Shown: in pieces, positions 13,716-27,622 of the stretch
Layout of the letters: every line of letters begins with the position of its first letter
Numbering within the stretch: the first letter of the stretch is position 1
Assembly: GCF_006345805.1 (NCBI RefSeq)
Contig: NC_043024.1
Span: 3,782,001 to 3,846,000 of the forward strand
Length of the DNA stretch: 64,000 bases
From: Octopus sinensis
Taxonomy: Eukaryota
Direction of reading: 5' to 3'
Translations under genes and position numbers: made by a program
The notes under the pieces: generated by a model
The model's input: only the letters and a program-made list of their open reading frames with translations
The model's database searches: none
What the model was told of the DNA's origin: nothing

Positions 13716-14386
13716 GTGAATGAATAATATCATACGATGATTAGTTGTCAGCTGTTTCCTTTGTAACATTTTAATAGAAGAATGAGAACGTTCTCATTTT
13801 AATAGAAGAATGAGAACGTTCTCATTTTAATAGAAGAATGAGAATGTTCTCATTCTTCTATTAAAAGAAACAGTTATAATGAGGTGACAATTATCCATTG
13901 TTTGTTCTTCATTTGATTGTAATACACCAAGGGAATTTACGACTTGTCAAACACCCTACACTATACCAACAACATACTATTCAAGTGTGATTTGGACCAG
14001 CCCCTTAGGCACTAAAAACTTTTAGGATTGGTTTTCTCTGTGTACACAAAGGAAATATCCTGTTTGATACTCACCAGTCATAGGCCAGAATCACAGAAAT
14101 TACCCAACCCTACCCGGAACATATCTTTTCAAGTGCCTGGTTCTATCCTACTATAAAATACAGTGTACATTTAAACACGTTAAGAGGTTTCCATCATAGG
14201 ACTCCCTTATGCTAGAAGGGACAGCTAAAGTCCAAACCACCTAATTAGGGATAAATTCTCGAAGGGAACATTTACCATCTATTTCCTGGACCATGGTTTC
14301 TGACTTATTTTAGCAAATAAAATAATTTGCCAGGTGAAGTCTTTGTCAACAGGTACGCCAAGATTAAACATGTATATATATGTATA

Positions 14387-14428
<42 letters not shown>

Positions 14429-16474
14429 ATATACAGGGTATGGTGAATACATTCTTGTCTAAATTACACATAAATGAAAATAACATGGACATCTCATTTT
14501 AACAGATAAAATCGTTCTCCTTGTTTAAGATGGTGAATGCTGCTATAATCCTTGCCTTCAGTTCATCTTTGGTTTTATAAGGAGTATATAGTTGTGTACT
14601 AATGGAGCTGGTTTCTGTTGGGATGTTTCTGGATGGGATGCTAGTCCATTGTAGGATGACTCGCTTTTGTCAGCTGAGTGGACTGGAGCAATGTGAAATG
14701 AAATGTTTTGCTCAAGAACACAACACTACCTGGTCCAGGAATTGAAACCACAGTCTTCCAATTATGAATCCAACACTGTCACCACTAAGCCATGCACTTT
14801 CACCTTGTATTTGTGTGCATGTGTATTTGTGTTTTTGTGAGTCTGAGTATATCCTTATATATGTATGTAGGTGTGCAGATATACGTGTGTATGTATATAT
14901 ATATATTTTTCTACTCTATGCACAAGCCTCGAAATTTTTGGGGAGATAGGTCAGTCGATTGGAGTGACCCCAGTATGCAACTGGTACTTAATTTATCGAA
15001 CCCCGAAAGGATGAAAAGCAAAGTCGACTTCAGCGGAATTTGAACTCAAAACGTAAAGACAGATGAAATACCACTAAGCATTTTGCCCGGCATGCTAACG
15101 TTTCTGCCAGCTCAACACCTTCACTGTTTTATATATTTTTGTTTGCACAGTATGGTCAAATGGTTAAGAAACCCACTTTGCTAGTACAATGTCCTGGGTT
15201 CAATCCCAGTGCATGGCATCCTGAGCTAGTGTAGTTTTCTATAACCTTGTGAATGAAATATTGTTGATGGAAACTCTGTCGAAGCCTCTCGGGTGGATCG
15301 TATCCATAATTCAAAGCTCCACCCTTGCCACGTACTGTATCACACTGATATAACCTGAGTTTTCCTTTAAGGCTATACATGTCAGTGGAGTATGCAGTCA
15401 CTTAATTGTCAATTTAGCTAGGAGGTAATTCGATCAATAGAACATTTGAATTCTCATCGCCAAAGGATCCGTCATGTAAGAAGTCTTTCCCATGATTGTC
15501 CAATCTGCACCATTCCTGTCCCAAGAGGACAGGATGTGATTTGAGGTACATTTAGCTGGCTGCTATTTCTAGGAGACTGAATAGATCTAACAGAAATAGA
15601 TGTCCTCAAAAATGTGTAGTTTCAAATGGTGTTGCCCTGTGGTTGCCCAGTGCCACCTGACCCTCAGATACCTTGGAAAGTTTGGGAACAGGTGTTTGGT
15701 TTAAGGATAGCTTTCTCCCCTACCATTGCACCTGACTCAGAGATCTTGGGGGTCATTGCTGTACCTTCACTGACTAAATAAAATCAGTAACAAAATCTAG
15801 TGGGTCCTATTGTGTCTGTAGTTTTATTGCTTTAACAACAATAACAGCAACAACTTCTATTTAACCAATTAAAGCAGTTTCTGTCTTTTATCTTTTATTT
15901 TTTACTTGTTTCAGATATTAGATTGTGGCCTTGCTGGAGCAATGCCTTGAAGAAATTTTAGTCAAATTAATCAGCCCGTCTTTATTTTCTTTTTAAACCT
16001 GACACTTATTCTATTGGTTTCTTTTGCTGAACCACTAAGTTATGGGAAAGCAACCACATCAGTACCAGTTGTCAAGAGTTGGTGGGCAAGAAATAGATAC
16101 AAAGACACACACATGTTGGCACCCATACTGGTGGCACATAATAAGCACCATTTAAGCGTATGTCAATACCAGTGCTGCTTGACTGGCTCCCTGTGATGGT
16201 GGCATGTAAAAAGCCCCATTCAAATATGGTCAATGCCAGTTCCCCACCAACTGGCTCCTCTGCTGGTGGCACATAAAAAGCACCATTCGAACATGGCCGA
16301 TGCCAGTACTGCCTGACTGTCTCCTGTGATGGTGGCACACATAAAAAGCACCCATTACACTCTCGGAGTGGTTGGTGTTAGTAAGGTGCAGCTTCCTGGC
16401 TTCCTAGTTCCCAGTCAAACCGTCCAACCCATGCCAGCATGGAAAACAGATGTTAAACGATGATGATGATGATG

Positions 16475-16505
<31 letters not shown>

Positions 16506-19193
16506 TGACAGGCTTCTTTTAGTTTCTGTGTACAAAATCCAAGGCTTGTGTTGGCCTGAGGCTATTAATAGAAGACATTTGCTCAAGGTGTCATGAAGTG
16601 TGGTCAGGAAGCAAGCTTCTTACAACACAGCCACACCTGCGCTTACACACAATTACTTACCTCACAGCCACACCTGTGTCTATGCAATTACTGAACAGTT
16701 AAAATTAGTAGTGAAAGGGTGGAGTGTTTGATGAAAGAATAATGTGGGTTTCAAAGAGACAAAGTTATGTCAAAATAAACCATAAACCAGAGATGAATGA
16801 CGTTGTGAAAGAAGACACTTAAAAATATACTGGTGTAAAAATAGTGATAAATAAATAAAACTGATAGAATAAGTAAAGGATGAAGACTCTGTTTGGTCAT
16901 GAATGACCATGGGATTGCACCTAGGCACAAGTCTGGGCAAGGTTGTTTATGGAAGACCAGCAGTTGCCCATGCATACTGGTCTCCCCTTTCCAGGTCCCT
17001 GATGTTATCCAAGAGAAAGGCAAAGGCCATGATAAAGCTTGGCACCAGTGATGTTTCAACTCATTTCTACAACTGAGTGAACTGAAGCAACATGAAATAA
17101 AGTGTCTTGCTCAAGAACACAACATGCAGCCTGGTCCAGAAATTGAACTAGCTACTTCATGATTGTGAGCCCAACACTGTAACCACTGAGCTATGTACCT
17201 TCACATGATAGAATAAGTACTGGGCTTAAAAATAAAAGTCCTGGGGTTGATTTCTTAGGCTAAAACACTTCAAGGCAGTGCCCCAGCATGGCCACTGTCA
17301 AATGACTGAAAGAAGTAAAAGACGTGTGTCTATATAGGGGCTAGTACCTTGTTAAAAGCACCCTGTAAAGTGGTTGGTGTTGGGAAGGGCAGCAGCTGTA
17401 GAAACCAAACCAAAACAGACTATGGAACCTGGTGTGGCTCCTAGCCTTGCTAGTTCCTGTCAAGCCGTCCAACCCATGCCAGTATCAAAAACAGATAAGA
17501 GTTGATAATGATGATGTTTTTTGTTTGGCAGAAAAGATGTATATATGCCAGAATTGTTCATGTTGATGTTAACATTTTCATTCAAGGAATTTAAGATGGC
17601 ATTTTTTAATGTTAAAACATTGTTAACCCTGCATGCATAAGTGAAGCAGGGTTATTGTTGTCACTCGTCTGCTTGTGTGTTTGCAAAATTACTGGAAAAC
17701 GGCTTAACAGATTTTGACCAAATTTGGCAGAAATACTCATTGGGTTAGTGGCTTGCACTCATTAAATTTTGGTTTGATTGTCTTTTAAACTAGCAGATGC
17801 GTGAATTAAAATGTTTTTCTTTTCTTTGTTACATATGCATAGACTATAAGCAGGGGAAATAACCCTTGATGTCATTTTGTTGAAATATGAATTTGTTTGA
17901 GAATATATTTATTGAATTAAATTTTATTCTATCCTTGTGTGCACAAGGATATGCATTGCTGCTCCGTTGCCTTATTTTTTTCATTGTGTTCTTTTTTACT
18001 CATGTTCAAATGTTATTATCTTGTCATGCAATTCAACAACTATTCTCTTGTCTTCATGTTTGTGAACTAAGTTACCTTGTTCATTATTAATTTTCCTTTG
18101 TAGGTACATAGCTCATTGCCATTTTCTTGAATGTAGACAAAGTGAAAAAGAAATGTTTGTCTAAGTACATAACAAACATATTTTTCTTTCTGTAAACTTT
18201 GTATGAATAAACTCTAAACTTTCAAAAGCTATTTGTATGTCAGCAAGTTCAACAGAACATTGTTCCAAGCAGTAAAAATCCTCCGCTTCTAGGAGTGAAT
18301 AGGAAAAAAAATGTGACTAGGTCAGCAGTAAATAATAGTCTTTTATCTTACTATCGTAGAGGCACATGGCTTAGTGGTTAGGGTGTTGAACTTATGGTCG
18401 TAAGGTTGTGGTTTCTATTCCTGAACCGGATGATGCTTTATGTTCTTGAGCAAAACACTTCATTTCACGTTGCTCCAGTCCACTCAGCTGGCAAAAATGA
18501 GTAATGCTGCAACGGACCGGTGTCCCCTCCAGGTGGGGAATTCCTACACCACTGAAACCGGCCCTTATGAGCCTGGCATGGCTTGAGAAGGCACATTTAT
18601 TTTTTTTTATCTTACTATCACATCCCTTGTATATATATATATATATCTTAGATTGGGCCCTCAACTTTTGATGGAATCATAGGGATTTTGCTTGATGCAT
18701 GTTTGAACTGGAGAACAAGCTACTCACTGCGTTTTGTCATGGAGAATATATCTCGCTTGTTGACAAGTGGTGTGTATAGACCTCGTTCAGCTCACAGCAC
18801 CATTTGCTTAGACTGTGAGATACTAATGCTCCCAGTCATCGTATGGTGACTGAGTCTCTCTTAATGATTTGTCTGGCTATTCTTTGATATTTTCCATTTG
18901 TCTTTTCATCCACCCACTACACAATTCCTTAAAAAATGGTCCTTACAAGACTGCTGGATCTTGTTACATGGCCATACTGTCTCAGTTTTGTTTTCTTCAC
19001 CCCCCCCCTCCCCACCACTCATGGACTTCCATGTCATTAATTTTTCCTCTTCCCATTGCCTTTGTGTCCGACCCCCTCCTACCACCAGCACTAACCACTG
19101 TGACCAATTCTTCCTCTCAAACATCATCCTCCCTCCCACTCTTGTCTTTCCATCAGGTGTTAACTTACAAAGGCTCAAGACCACCATTAACCT

Positions 19194-19397
19194 TTTTGTT
19201 GCCGTATTTATTTTGAGATGCTCTGTGTTTCTATCAATTAATTTAAAATATAATAAAGAATTTAGTAAAATAACTTAGTTATCATTAAGCTAGTGTTAGG
19301 AACATAAATTGTTACTAAGGTTTTGGTGGAAGATTTTAATTCAAAGCTTTTGAAAACAAGTTTTTTGTACTACAGAATCAGAGGTGGTTTCAGCTAG
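19194..19397. mobile_element. TTAA-CCC-ended (piggyBac-like) MITE; a second copy at about 19440-19966 is interrupted by a SINE
   Basis: Ends are ttaaccttttt... and ...aaaagggttaa; the internal sequence is shared with 28099-28326. Confidence 0.6.
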
Positions 19398-20098
19398 TTT
19401 GGTACCAAAAGGGTTAAGAACTGTTTCTCTATATATTCTTTCATTGCCGTATTTCTGTTGAGATGTTTTGTGTTTCTATGAATTAATTTTAAATAAAACA
19501 AAGAATTTAGTAAAATAACTTGGTTATCATTAAGCTAAATTGTGACATAAGGTTTGGTGGATAGAGGCACATGGCCTAGTGATTAGAGCAGCGGACTTGT
19601 GGTCGAGGGATCATGAGTTTGAATCTCAGACCGGGTGGTGTGTGTGTTTATGAGCGAAACACCTAAGCTCCATGTGGCTCAGGCAGAAGGTAATGGTGAA
19701 CTTCTGCTGACTCTTTCACCACAACTTTCTCTCACTCTTTCCTCCTGCATCTTGCAGCTCACCTGTGATGGACCAGCATCCCGTCTAGGTGGGGAATCCT
19801 ATATGCCAAGGAAACCGGGAAACCGGCCCTTAGAGCCAGGCATGGCTCAAGAAGGAACGAACAACAAGTTTAGGTGGAAGATTTTAATTCAGAACTTATG
19901 AAAATGAGACTTTTGTACTGCAGAGTTAGAGGTGGTTTCAAGCAAGCTGGTATCAAAAGGGTTAAGGATATAAATAACACCATTCTTTGAAGGCTGTGGG
20001 TACTATGCCTTCCTCTAGATCCACCAAATAAGCCCTTCAACCACCCCCTAGATCACCGTTTCATAATCAGCTTTTCTAACCTATTCCCTATTTCACAG

Positions 20099-20345
20099 AT
20101 CATAAATGGTGAGGAGTGGCCTCCCTTTGTATTTGAAAGCCCGGTTGACATGCAATATCCTACGGGATTACCCCAAACATCCCAATTTGCTCTTGGGTAT
20201 GAATATTACAGCTTACATAGTGGTCATCTGATGTGGTCAACCCTGTGGCTCCGTCAGCACAATCTGTTCTGTGATATCCTGACTGTTGAACATCCAGACT
20301 GGACTGACGAACAGCTGCACCAAGCCGCAAGAACTGCTGTCTTAG
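20099..20345 (+). CDS. PTGS-like: COX/PTGS-like gene, coding exon b (247 nt, phase 0-1): IINGEEWPPFVFESPVDMQYPTGLP...WLRQHNLFCDILTVEHPDWTDEQLHQAARTAVL
   Basis: tttcacag acceptor and G|gtaagt donor. Gapless match to PTGS IIDGEMYPP...[33 protein letters not shown]; same length as the recalled PTGS2 exon 7. Confidence 0.95.
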
Positions 20346-21301
20346 GTAAGTTCTTCATCTTCACTTTATGTAGCATATCTAGAAATGCTCAGGATTATGA
20401 GGCTCCACTCTGTCTTAGCCTCACCACCTCCCTATAACTTTGCTCCTTCTGGAACCTGCTGGAAAAGCTATCAAAAATATCTTCTCCCTCTATCTCCTTT
20501 CTCTTTCTCTCTCACTCCTGTCTCTTTCTTTCTTTTTCCTTCTTTCATTCTTTCTCTCTCTCTTTCTCTCCCTCTCTCATTTTCTCTTTCTCTCTCTCCT
20601 CTCTTTATCTTTCTCTCTTTCTCCCGCTCAACCTCTCCCTGTTTCATTCTCTCTCCTCTCTCTACCCTCTCTTTCTCCCTCTCATTCTTTCTCTTTCCTT
20701 CTCTCTTCCTCTCCCCTCCCTATCTCTCCCTCCCCCTCTCTCGTTCTCACTCTTTCTCTATCCTCTCTCTTTTCCCTCTCCCTCCTCCTCTCTCCCTCTC
20801 CCACTCCCCTTTCTCTCATTCTCTCTCCCTTTCCCTCCCCCCTCTCCTTTTCCAGCAGTCATTAAGTAGACTATGAATACATACTGACACATGCTCACAT
20901 ATATCTTTCACCTGTTTCTGTCATTAGATGATGGCCATGCTGGGGCACTGCCTCAAAGAATTTTAGTCAGACGAATCGACCTCAGCACCTTTTTGTCTTT
21001 GAAGCATGGTATTTATTCTGTCAGTCTCTTTTGCTGGACTGCTAAGTTTACAAGGATGTAAACACTCCAGCACTGATTGTCTAATGGTGAGGGGTCAAAC
21101 ACAAAAACACACACATGGATATATATGTATAAATCTATGGAGCCCTAGTAATCCATTACAGCACTTACCTAACCTACCTAATCGTTTAGATCACCTGTGA
21201 ACTACTCCTAGTTTTTCTCCTTGGAATGTGGCAGAAGTTGTTCTCTGCACATTTTCAGTGTTTATTGCTCCTCAGCATCTGCCACATACAAAAACTATCT
21301 T

Positions 21302-21332
<31 letters not shown>

Positions 21333-21749
21333 CAGAAGATGGGTTTCTTTCAGTTTCTGCTGACCAAATCCACTCAAAGATTTGGTTGACCCAAGGCTAT
21401 TGTAGAAGGCACTTGCCCAAGGTGCCACGCTATGGGATTGAACCTGGAGCTATGTGGTTGGGAAGCAAACTTCACCACACAGCCATGCCTATATGCACTG
21501 AAAAAAAGTCTCCCCCCGAATAAATATAAAGAATCTTCTTGTTATGTGATACGTGCATAAACATTATCACATGGAATATTGGTGGAACATTCTCCGTAAA
21601 AACTGCCGAAGTGTAAACGTAGCAGACCAGATATTGTTGTTTGGGTCAGAGAGAAAAAAAGTATCTTCTGTCAAAGACGTCAGCTGCTCTGGTGGGGTGA
21701 ATATCTCTTCAGAAAATCTAAGAGAAAGAGAATAACTATGGGCAACTGG

Positions 21750-22150
21750 TGTAGGAGTGGCTGTGTGGTAAGCAGCTTGCTTACGAACCACATAGTTCTG
21801 GGTTCAGTTCCACTGCGTGGCACCTTGGGCAAGTGTCTTCTATTATAGCCTCGGGCTGACCAAAGCCTTGTGAGTGGATTTGGTAGATGGAAACTGAAAG
21901 AAGCCTGTCGTATATATGTATATATATGTGTGTGGGTGTATTTGTTTGTGTGTCTGTGTTTCTCACCCCAACATCACTTGACAATCGATGCTGGTGTGTT
22001 TATGTCCCCGTAACTTAGCGGTTCGGCAAAAGAAATTGATAGAATAAGTACTAGGCTTACAAAGAATAAGTCCTGGGGTCAATTTTCTCAACTAAAGGCA
22101 GTGCTCCAGCATGGCCACAATGAAATGACTGAAATAAGTAAAAAAGTAAC
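21750..22150 (+). mobile_element. SINE family A copy
   Basis: Same head, body and tail as 675-1100. Confidence 0.8.
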
Positions 22151-22570
22151 TGCTTTTATCAGCTTTTATTCCTAAACTAATATTTGTACTATTAATAATT
22201 GGGGTTCTTGGTTTTGTGACAATCTGCATAAGCTAGGAAAAAGAAATCAACTACATAATATGTACACTACAAATACAGTTTGTAAGCAGAAGAGTTAAAA
22301 ATATGCAAGGCTTTTTGCAAGTTCAAAATGTGGCATTGTTTTGGTAAGCTACATTCCAATGATGGAGCTTCGCATCTTTGTTAGAAAGCAGCTGCTTTTG
22401 TACTGGAAGATTTCAAATAATTAATTAAAAATTGAAGAGAACATACGTACATTTATACATACGTTGATAGGTTTTGGCCAGTATTGGCCCAGGCCATGTC
22501 TAACTTAATAACACTACCTGGCAAAGCCATTCAAATCAGGAATCGGACAACGTGGCCCACTCAAGTACTT

Positions 22571-22907
22571 AGACCCCCTTCAGTCACGACACAGACCATG
22601 GGATTGCACCTAGAAAGTTACCCTCCCAGGCACAAGTCCGGGCAAGGTTGTTTATGGAAGACCAGCAGTTGCCCATGCATACTGGCCTCCCCTCTCCACG
22701 CCACCACTGTTATCCAAGGGAAAGGCAAAGGGGCCGATACAGTTTGGCACCAGTGACGTCGCAACTCATTTCTACAGCTGAGTGAATTGGAGCAACGTGA
22801 AATAAAGTGTCTTGCTCAAGAACACAACACACAACCCGGTCCTGGATTCGAGCTCACAACCTCACAGTAGTAAGCTCAACGCTCTAACCACTGAGCTATG
22901 CGCCTTC
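22571..22907 (-). mobile_element. tRNA-derived SINE, family C
   Basis: Minus-strand head gaaggcgcatagctcagtggttagagcg...gagctcgaatcc (A and B boxes). Homologous to 45597-45936(+), 48635-48970(+) and about 16870-17210(-). Confidence 0.8.
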
Positions 22908-23085
22908 ACTAGCCCACTCAAGTAGAGAGTTACTATTTACGGAGACATATCTGGGCGTTGGAGATTTATCTGGGATTTTTTGAAGGAGTTTGTCCAAAGA
23001 CTTCTTGAACTTTATGGGGTCTGTTTCTGCTTTAATGTATTTTGGTGTAATGTTAAAGAAAGCGGGGCCAATAACATAACACAAC
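22908..23085 (-). mobile_element. LINE (CR1-like) ORF2 3' relic
   Basis: GPAFFNITPKYIKAETDPIKFKKSLDKLLQKIPDKSPTPRYVSVNSNSLLEWA resembles CR1-clade C-termini (FK..LD..L..IPD.P). Confidence 0.6.
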
Positions 23086-23552
23086 TTACATGGCTATTGA
23101 TAAGGGGTTTTCAAATCTGGTACCAGGTTTTAAAAAACTAAGTACTGGGGTTGATTCATTTGACTAAAATTCATGAAAGTGGTGCTCCAGTATGGCCACA
23201 GCCTAATGACTAAAACAAGTAAGAGAGAGAAGATAAAAGCTATATTTATGTGTGTGTGTGTTTAAGTATCAATTAGAAGCAGCTTGAGGGATATAAACAA
23301 TATCGAACACACAGACACAAGGTACATGTTTTGCTAGTTCGTGGGTGAGTTGCACTTATAGGCATGAGTGAATATATTCTCATCAAAAGGTGCTGGTGTG
23401 GCTGTGTGGTAAGAAACTTGCTTCCTAACCACACCGTTCTGGGCTCAGTCCCACTGTGTGGCATTTTGGGTATGTGTCTTCTACTATAACCTTAGGCCAA
23501 CCAAAGCCTTTTGAATGGATTTGGTAGACGGAAACTGAAAGAACGCTGTCGT

Positions 23553-23596
<44 letters not shown>

Positions 23597-23597
23597 C

Positions 23598-24005
23598 TCT
23601 TTTACTTGTTTCAGTCATTTGACTGTGGCCATGCTGGAGCACTGCCTTTAGTTGAGCAAATCGACCCAAGGACTTATTCTTTGTAAGCCTAGTACTTATT
23701 CTATCGGTCTCTTTTGCCGAACCGTTAAGTTATGGGGATGTAAACACACCAGCATCGGTTGTCAAGCGATGTTGGGGGGACAAACACAAACACAAAAGCA
23801 TATACACACACATAACATATACATATACAATGGGCTTCTTTCAGTTTCCATCTACCAAATCCACTCACAAGGCTTTGGTTGACCCAAGGCTATAGTAGAA
23901 GACACTTGCCCAAGGTGCCACACAGTGGGATTGAACCTGGAACCATGTGGTTATTAAGCAAGCTACTTACCACACAGCCACTGCTATGTCTATAGCCACT
24001 CCTAT
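23598..24005 (-). mobile_element. SINE family A copy
   Basis: Reverse complement of the family A sequence. Confidence 0.8.
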
Positions 24006-24378
24006 GCCTATATATGTATATACATTTATGTATGTGTGTCTTTGTGTCTCTGTTTGTTCCCCTACCATTGCTTGATAACCGATCTAAGTGTGTTTATGTT
24101 GCCGAAACTTAGCAGTTCGGCAAAAGAGACCAATGGAATAAGTACTAGGCCTACAAAGAATAAGTCCTGGGGTCAATTTCTTTGACTATAGGCAGTGCTC
24201 CAGCATGGCCGCAGTGAAAATGGCTGAAACATGTAAAAGTCAAAGAGTAATGTGTGTCTGGTGTTAAAACATATGTATATATGTGTATATTATTATATGT
24301 ATATATGTGTGTGTATATTTTATGTATATATGTGTGTATATTACTATATGTATATATATGTGTGTATATTATTATATG

Positions 24379-24409
<31 letters not shown>

Positions 24410-24423
24410 ATATTATTGTCCAG

Positions 24424-24710
24424 CTATGAACATAAAGATTATTGTGGAGGAATACATCGCCCACATGGCCCGTTACTACTACAATTATGTCTACACTCCG
24501 GAGGCTGTATTCCAAGATGGTGCCCAGTGCAAAGAATTCATGCTGGAAGAGTTCAAGCTGCTTTTACATTGGCACCAAATGTTACCAGACCAAATTGCCT
24601 TCAATGGAACCGCTTACGACATGAAAGACTTTCTCTTCCAGTCACAGTTTCTCATTCAATTTGGAATCGGTCCTTATGTTGAGGCCCTCATTAAACAGTC
24701 TGCAGGAAGG
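24424..24710 (+). CDS. PTGS-like: COX/PTGS-like gene, coding exon c (287 nt, phase 1-0) containing the proximal heme His: (A)MNIKIIVEEYIAHM...EEFKLLLHWHQMLPD...EALIKQSAGR
   Basis: ttgtccag acceptor and AGG|gtaagt donor. Gapless match to PTGS ETIKIVIEDYVQHL...EFNTLYHWHPLLPD...ESFTRQIAGR; same length as the recalled PTGS2 exon 8. Confidence 0.95.
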
Positions 24711-26072
24711 GTAAGTTCTTGGAACGATTTCTTTTTTATTCATTTTCACATGGCTGGTTACTGCCTATTGTTCTTTTTTTTCGTTTTTCTTTTTTCTTTC
24801 TCTTTTTACTTTCCTCCCCCTTCTTTTCTTCTTCCTTCTTTGTTTTCTTTCTCTCTTCATCTCCTGTCTCCCCACCCCCGTATACCACCTTACTGTAGAA
24901 AGATGATGTAGTGTTATTCATCCCCCTCTTTTCTTTATTTCAAGATATTTTAAAAGCTAAAAGCATTTGGGGTTCTAACTTCCAAGGCAGGACATTGCCC
25001 AGAATCAGCAGAGCACTGGACAAAACACTTCACATTATTTAGTTGTGGTCCTTTATGTTCTTGGTTCAAATCCCACCAGAGTCCAGTTTGCTTTTTTGCT
25101 TTTTTTTTATCTCTTGGGGGTAAGGGAGTGATGCTACCTCAAAATAAAGAAAGGGAGGAAGAGAAATGAGAGAGAGAGATGAAGGGAAACCTTGTATAAC
25201 ATTGCAGAATGCAAGAGAAACATGACAGAACACAGCTGAAGACATTGTAAAACATTGATGTTGGAACAACTGCAAAGGAGACCAGGACAGAAGAGAACAC
25301 ATAGGAAGAGTTTAGTGAAGAGCAGAATATGGTCATAGTAGGAGTCCGTAGAAGATTCTAGAATGTAACATAACACACCAGAATATGATGGAACATATAA
25401 GGGCACAAGGAACACATGGCAACATTGTAGGACCTGTCAGACTACAACAGAATGTATGAGAGCAGGACATACCTGAATACAAAGCATCAAATAAGAACAC
25501 AAGAATAGAAAGAACACTGTAGATAGTGGTGGTGGTGGTGGTGGCAGTGGGTGTGTGTGGCAGTAGTGATGGTGGGAGGTGATGGTGTAAGTGGTGGTGG
25601 CAATGAGGATAGTCGTGGTTATTGTGGTGGTGGTGGTGATGGTAAGTGGTTATGATAATGGGTGGTGGTAGCAGTGTTGGTGCTGGTGCTGGTGATTGTG
25701 GTAGGAATGAGGGCAAAATTATAGTGGAATTAGGAATATTTGCTGATAACTCTACCCACGAGTCAATATGGCACCATCTAGTGGATGTTTGTAAATAGGT
25801 TTGGTTTTAATTGACTAATTAGGGTTAAGCATCCCCTCATGTCTTAAATGTGAGTTCACGCACGCACACACACACACACACACGCAAATGTACATGTACA
25901 CAAGCACACACAGTCACATACACGCATACATAGACATGTACACCCACTTATAAATACATATTCACACTCACCCATGAACACTCACACACACACACACACA
26001 CATACACTCACACACACAGACACATACACCCACTTATAAATACATATTCACACACACACACACACATGAATA

Positions 26073-26120
<48 letters not shown>

Positions 26121-26319
26121 CACAGATGGTCAGGATAATTAAGATAACAAGATCCACTGACAATATTTACTTTGCTCAATTTTTTAATTTCTTGCTGCCA
26201 AATTCACAGTTCAAATCGCACAGGTGGACCAAATTCATATTTCTGATTTTGATCAATAACTAAACTAAATCACCTGTGGAGATCAATCAACTAAAAAATA
26301 AGTCACTTGTGAATTACTT

Positions 26320-26720
26320 TTGAAGAGCCACCTCAAATCCTTTGGTAACAGGATGCTTCACGGGACCATGGGTTACGATTGGTTAGATTCTCTGTCCAAC
26401 CAATGGCTCTACTCAGAAATTGAAATGCTTCCTGTTACTTGTGTGATTAGGGAGTGTCAGCTCAATCTGTTTGAACATGTTACTCAATTTTCTGAGTTGA
26501 ATTCTATGTGTTGTGTTCTCTTCTCTGAGGAACTGGTTGGAGTGGTGGCTCATATTGGTCGGCCACGTGTCAGATGGTCACAGTGGGTGACAAAATATCT
26601 TGTGGAGACAGGTGATGCCTAGGACTTTGTTCATGCTTGGCAGGGTTGTGTGGAATGGCTGGAGCAAATAGAAGCACAATAGTGAGAGCAAAGGGATTCA
26701 AATGATGATGCCCACTCTTT
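26320..26720 (+). mobile_element. RTE-clade LINE 3' relic
   Basis: LKSFGNRMLHGTMGYDWLDSLSNQWLYSEIEMLPVTCVIRECQLNLFEHV...GRPRVRW resembles the RTE C-terminal motif set (GY.W.D.VSN..L...R..QL...GHV...RPR..W); ends in a short gatgatg tail. Confidence 0.6.
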
Positions 26721-27249
26721 CTGTCTCTAGATCTTGACTAAAACTGACCAAAAATCAGTGAAAGAGCTCCTCTAAAGTAGTTTGATTTCCCTGCTAGAAA
26801 TACCAACCAAAGCTTTTCATTTGCCTGCAAATTTATTATTTGTTGTTTATATGTAAGAAGGACAGTTGTTGGTAGGTTGTGAATGATTGGTTCAGTGTCT
26901 GTAGCTGATGAGATGTAATGATGTAGAAACATGTGGCCTGCTGTTCAATGATATTATTCAGAGCCCCACATTATTTTCTCATAGACAATGTAGATCTCCC
27001 CATACATAGTCAATCAGGAGAATTTCTGTTCTGAGACAACTACAACAGTAAAAGTCTTTGCATGTTTGGGTGTTGATCAAAGGTTCTCGACTATTTTTTT
27101 CCCCCTACGAATCCCTTTTGATTTCAATTTTACTCAACTGGACCTCCATAGCCATTCACTGTATATATAAAAAGAAAACCTTACTGCATTTTTATTGTTA
27201 AATATTATTAGGAATTGTATATAAAAAAAATTTAAATTGTTGGATTTAG

Positions 27250-27622
27250 GTCAGGAGTGGCTGTGTGGTTACCAATCACATGATTCCAGGTTCAGTCCCA
27301 CTGCATGGCATGTTGGGCAAGTGTCTTCTACTATAGCCTCGGGCCGAACAAAACCTTATGAGTGGATTTGGTAGGCGGAAACTGAAAGAAGCCTGTTGTA
27401 TATATGTATATATATATGTGTGTGTTTGTCCCCCCAACATCGCTTGGCAACCGATGCTGGTGTGTTTATGTCCCCGTAATTTAGTGGTTCGGCGAAAGAG
27501 ACCGATAGAATAAGTACTAGGCTTACAAAAAATAAGTCCTGGGGTCGATTTTCTTGACTAAAGGCGGTGCTCCAGCATGGCCACAGTCAAATGACTGAAA
27601 CAAGTAAAAGAGTAAAAGAGTA
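27250..27622 (+). mobile_element. SINE family A copy
   Basis: Same head, body and tail as 675-1100. Confidence 0.8.

Noticed and set aside
24564-24566. Rescue of Tyr385 by RNA editing
   Set aside because: A-to-I editing of TTA gives TTG (still Leu); Tyr would need two substitutions.
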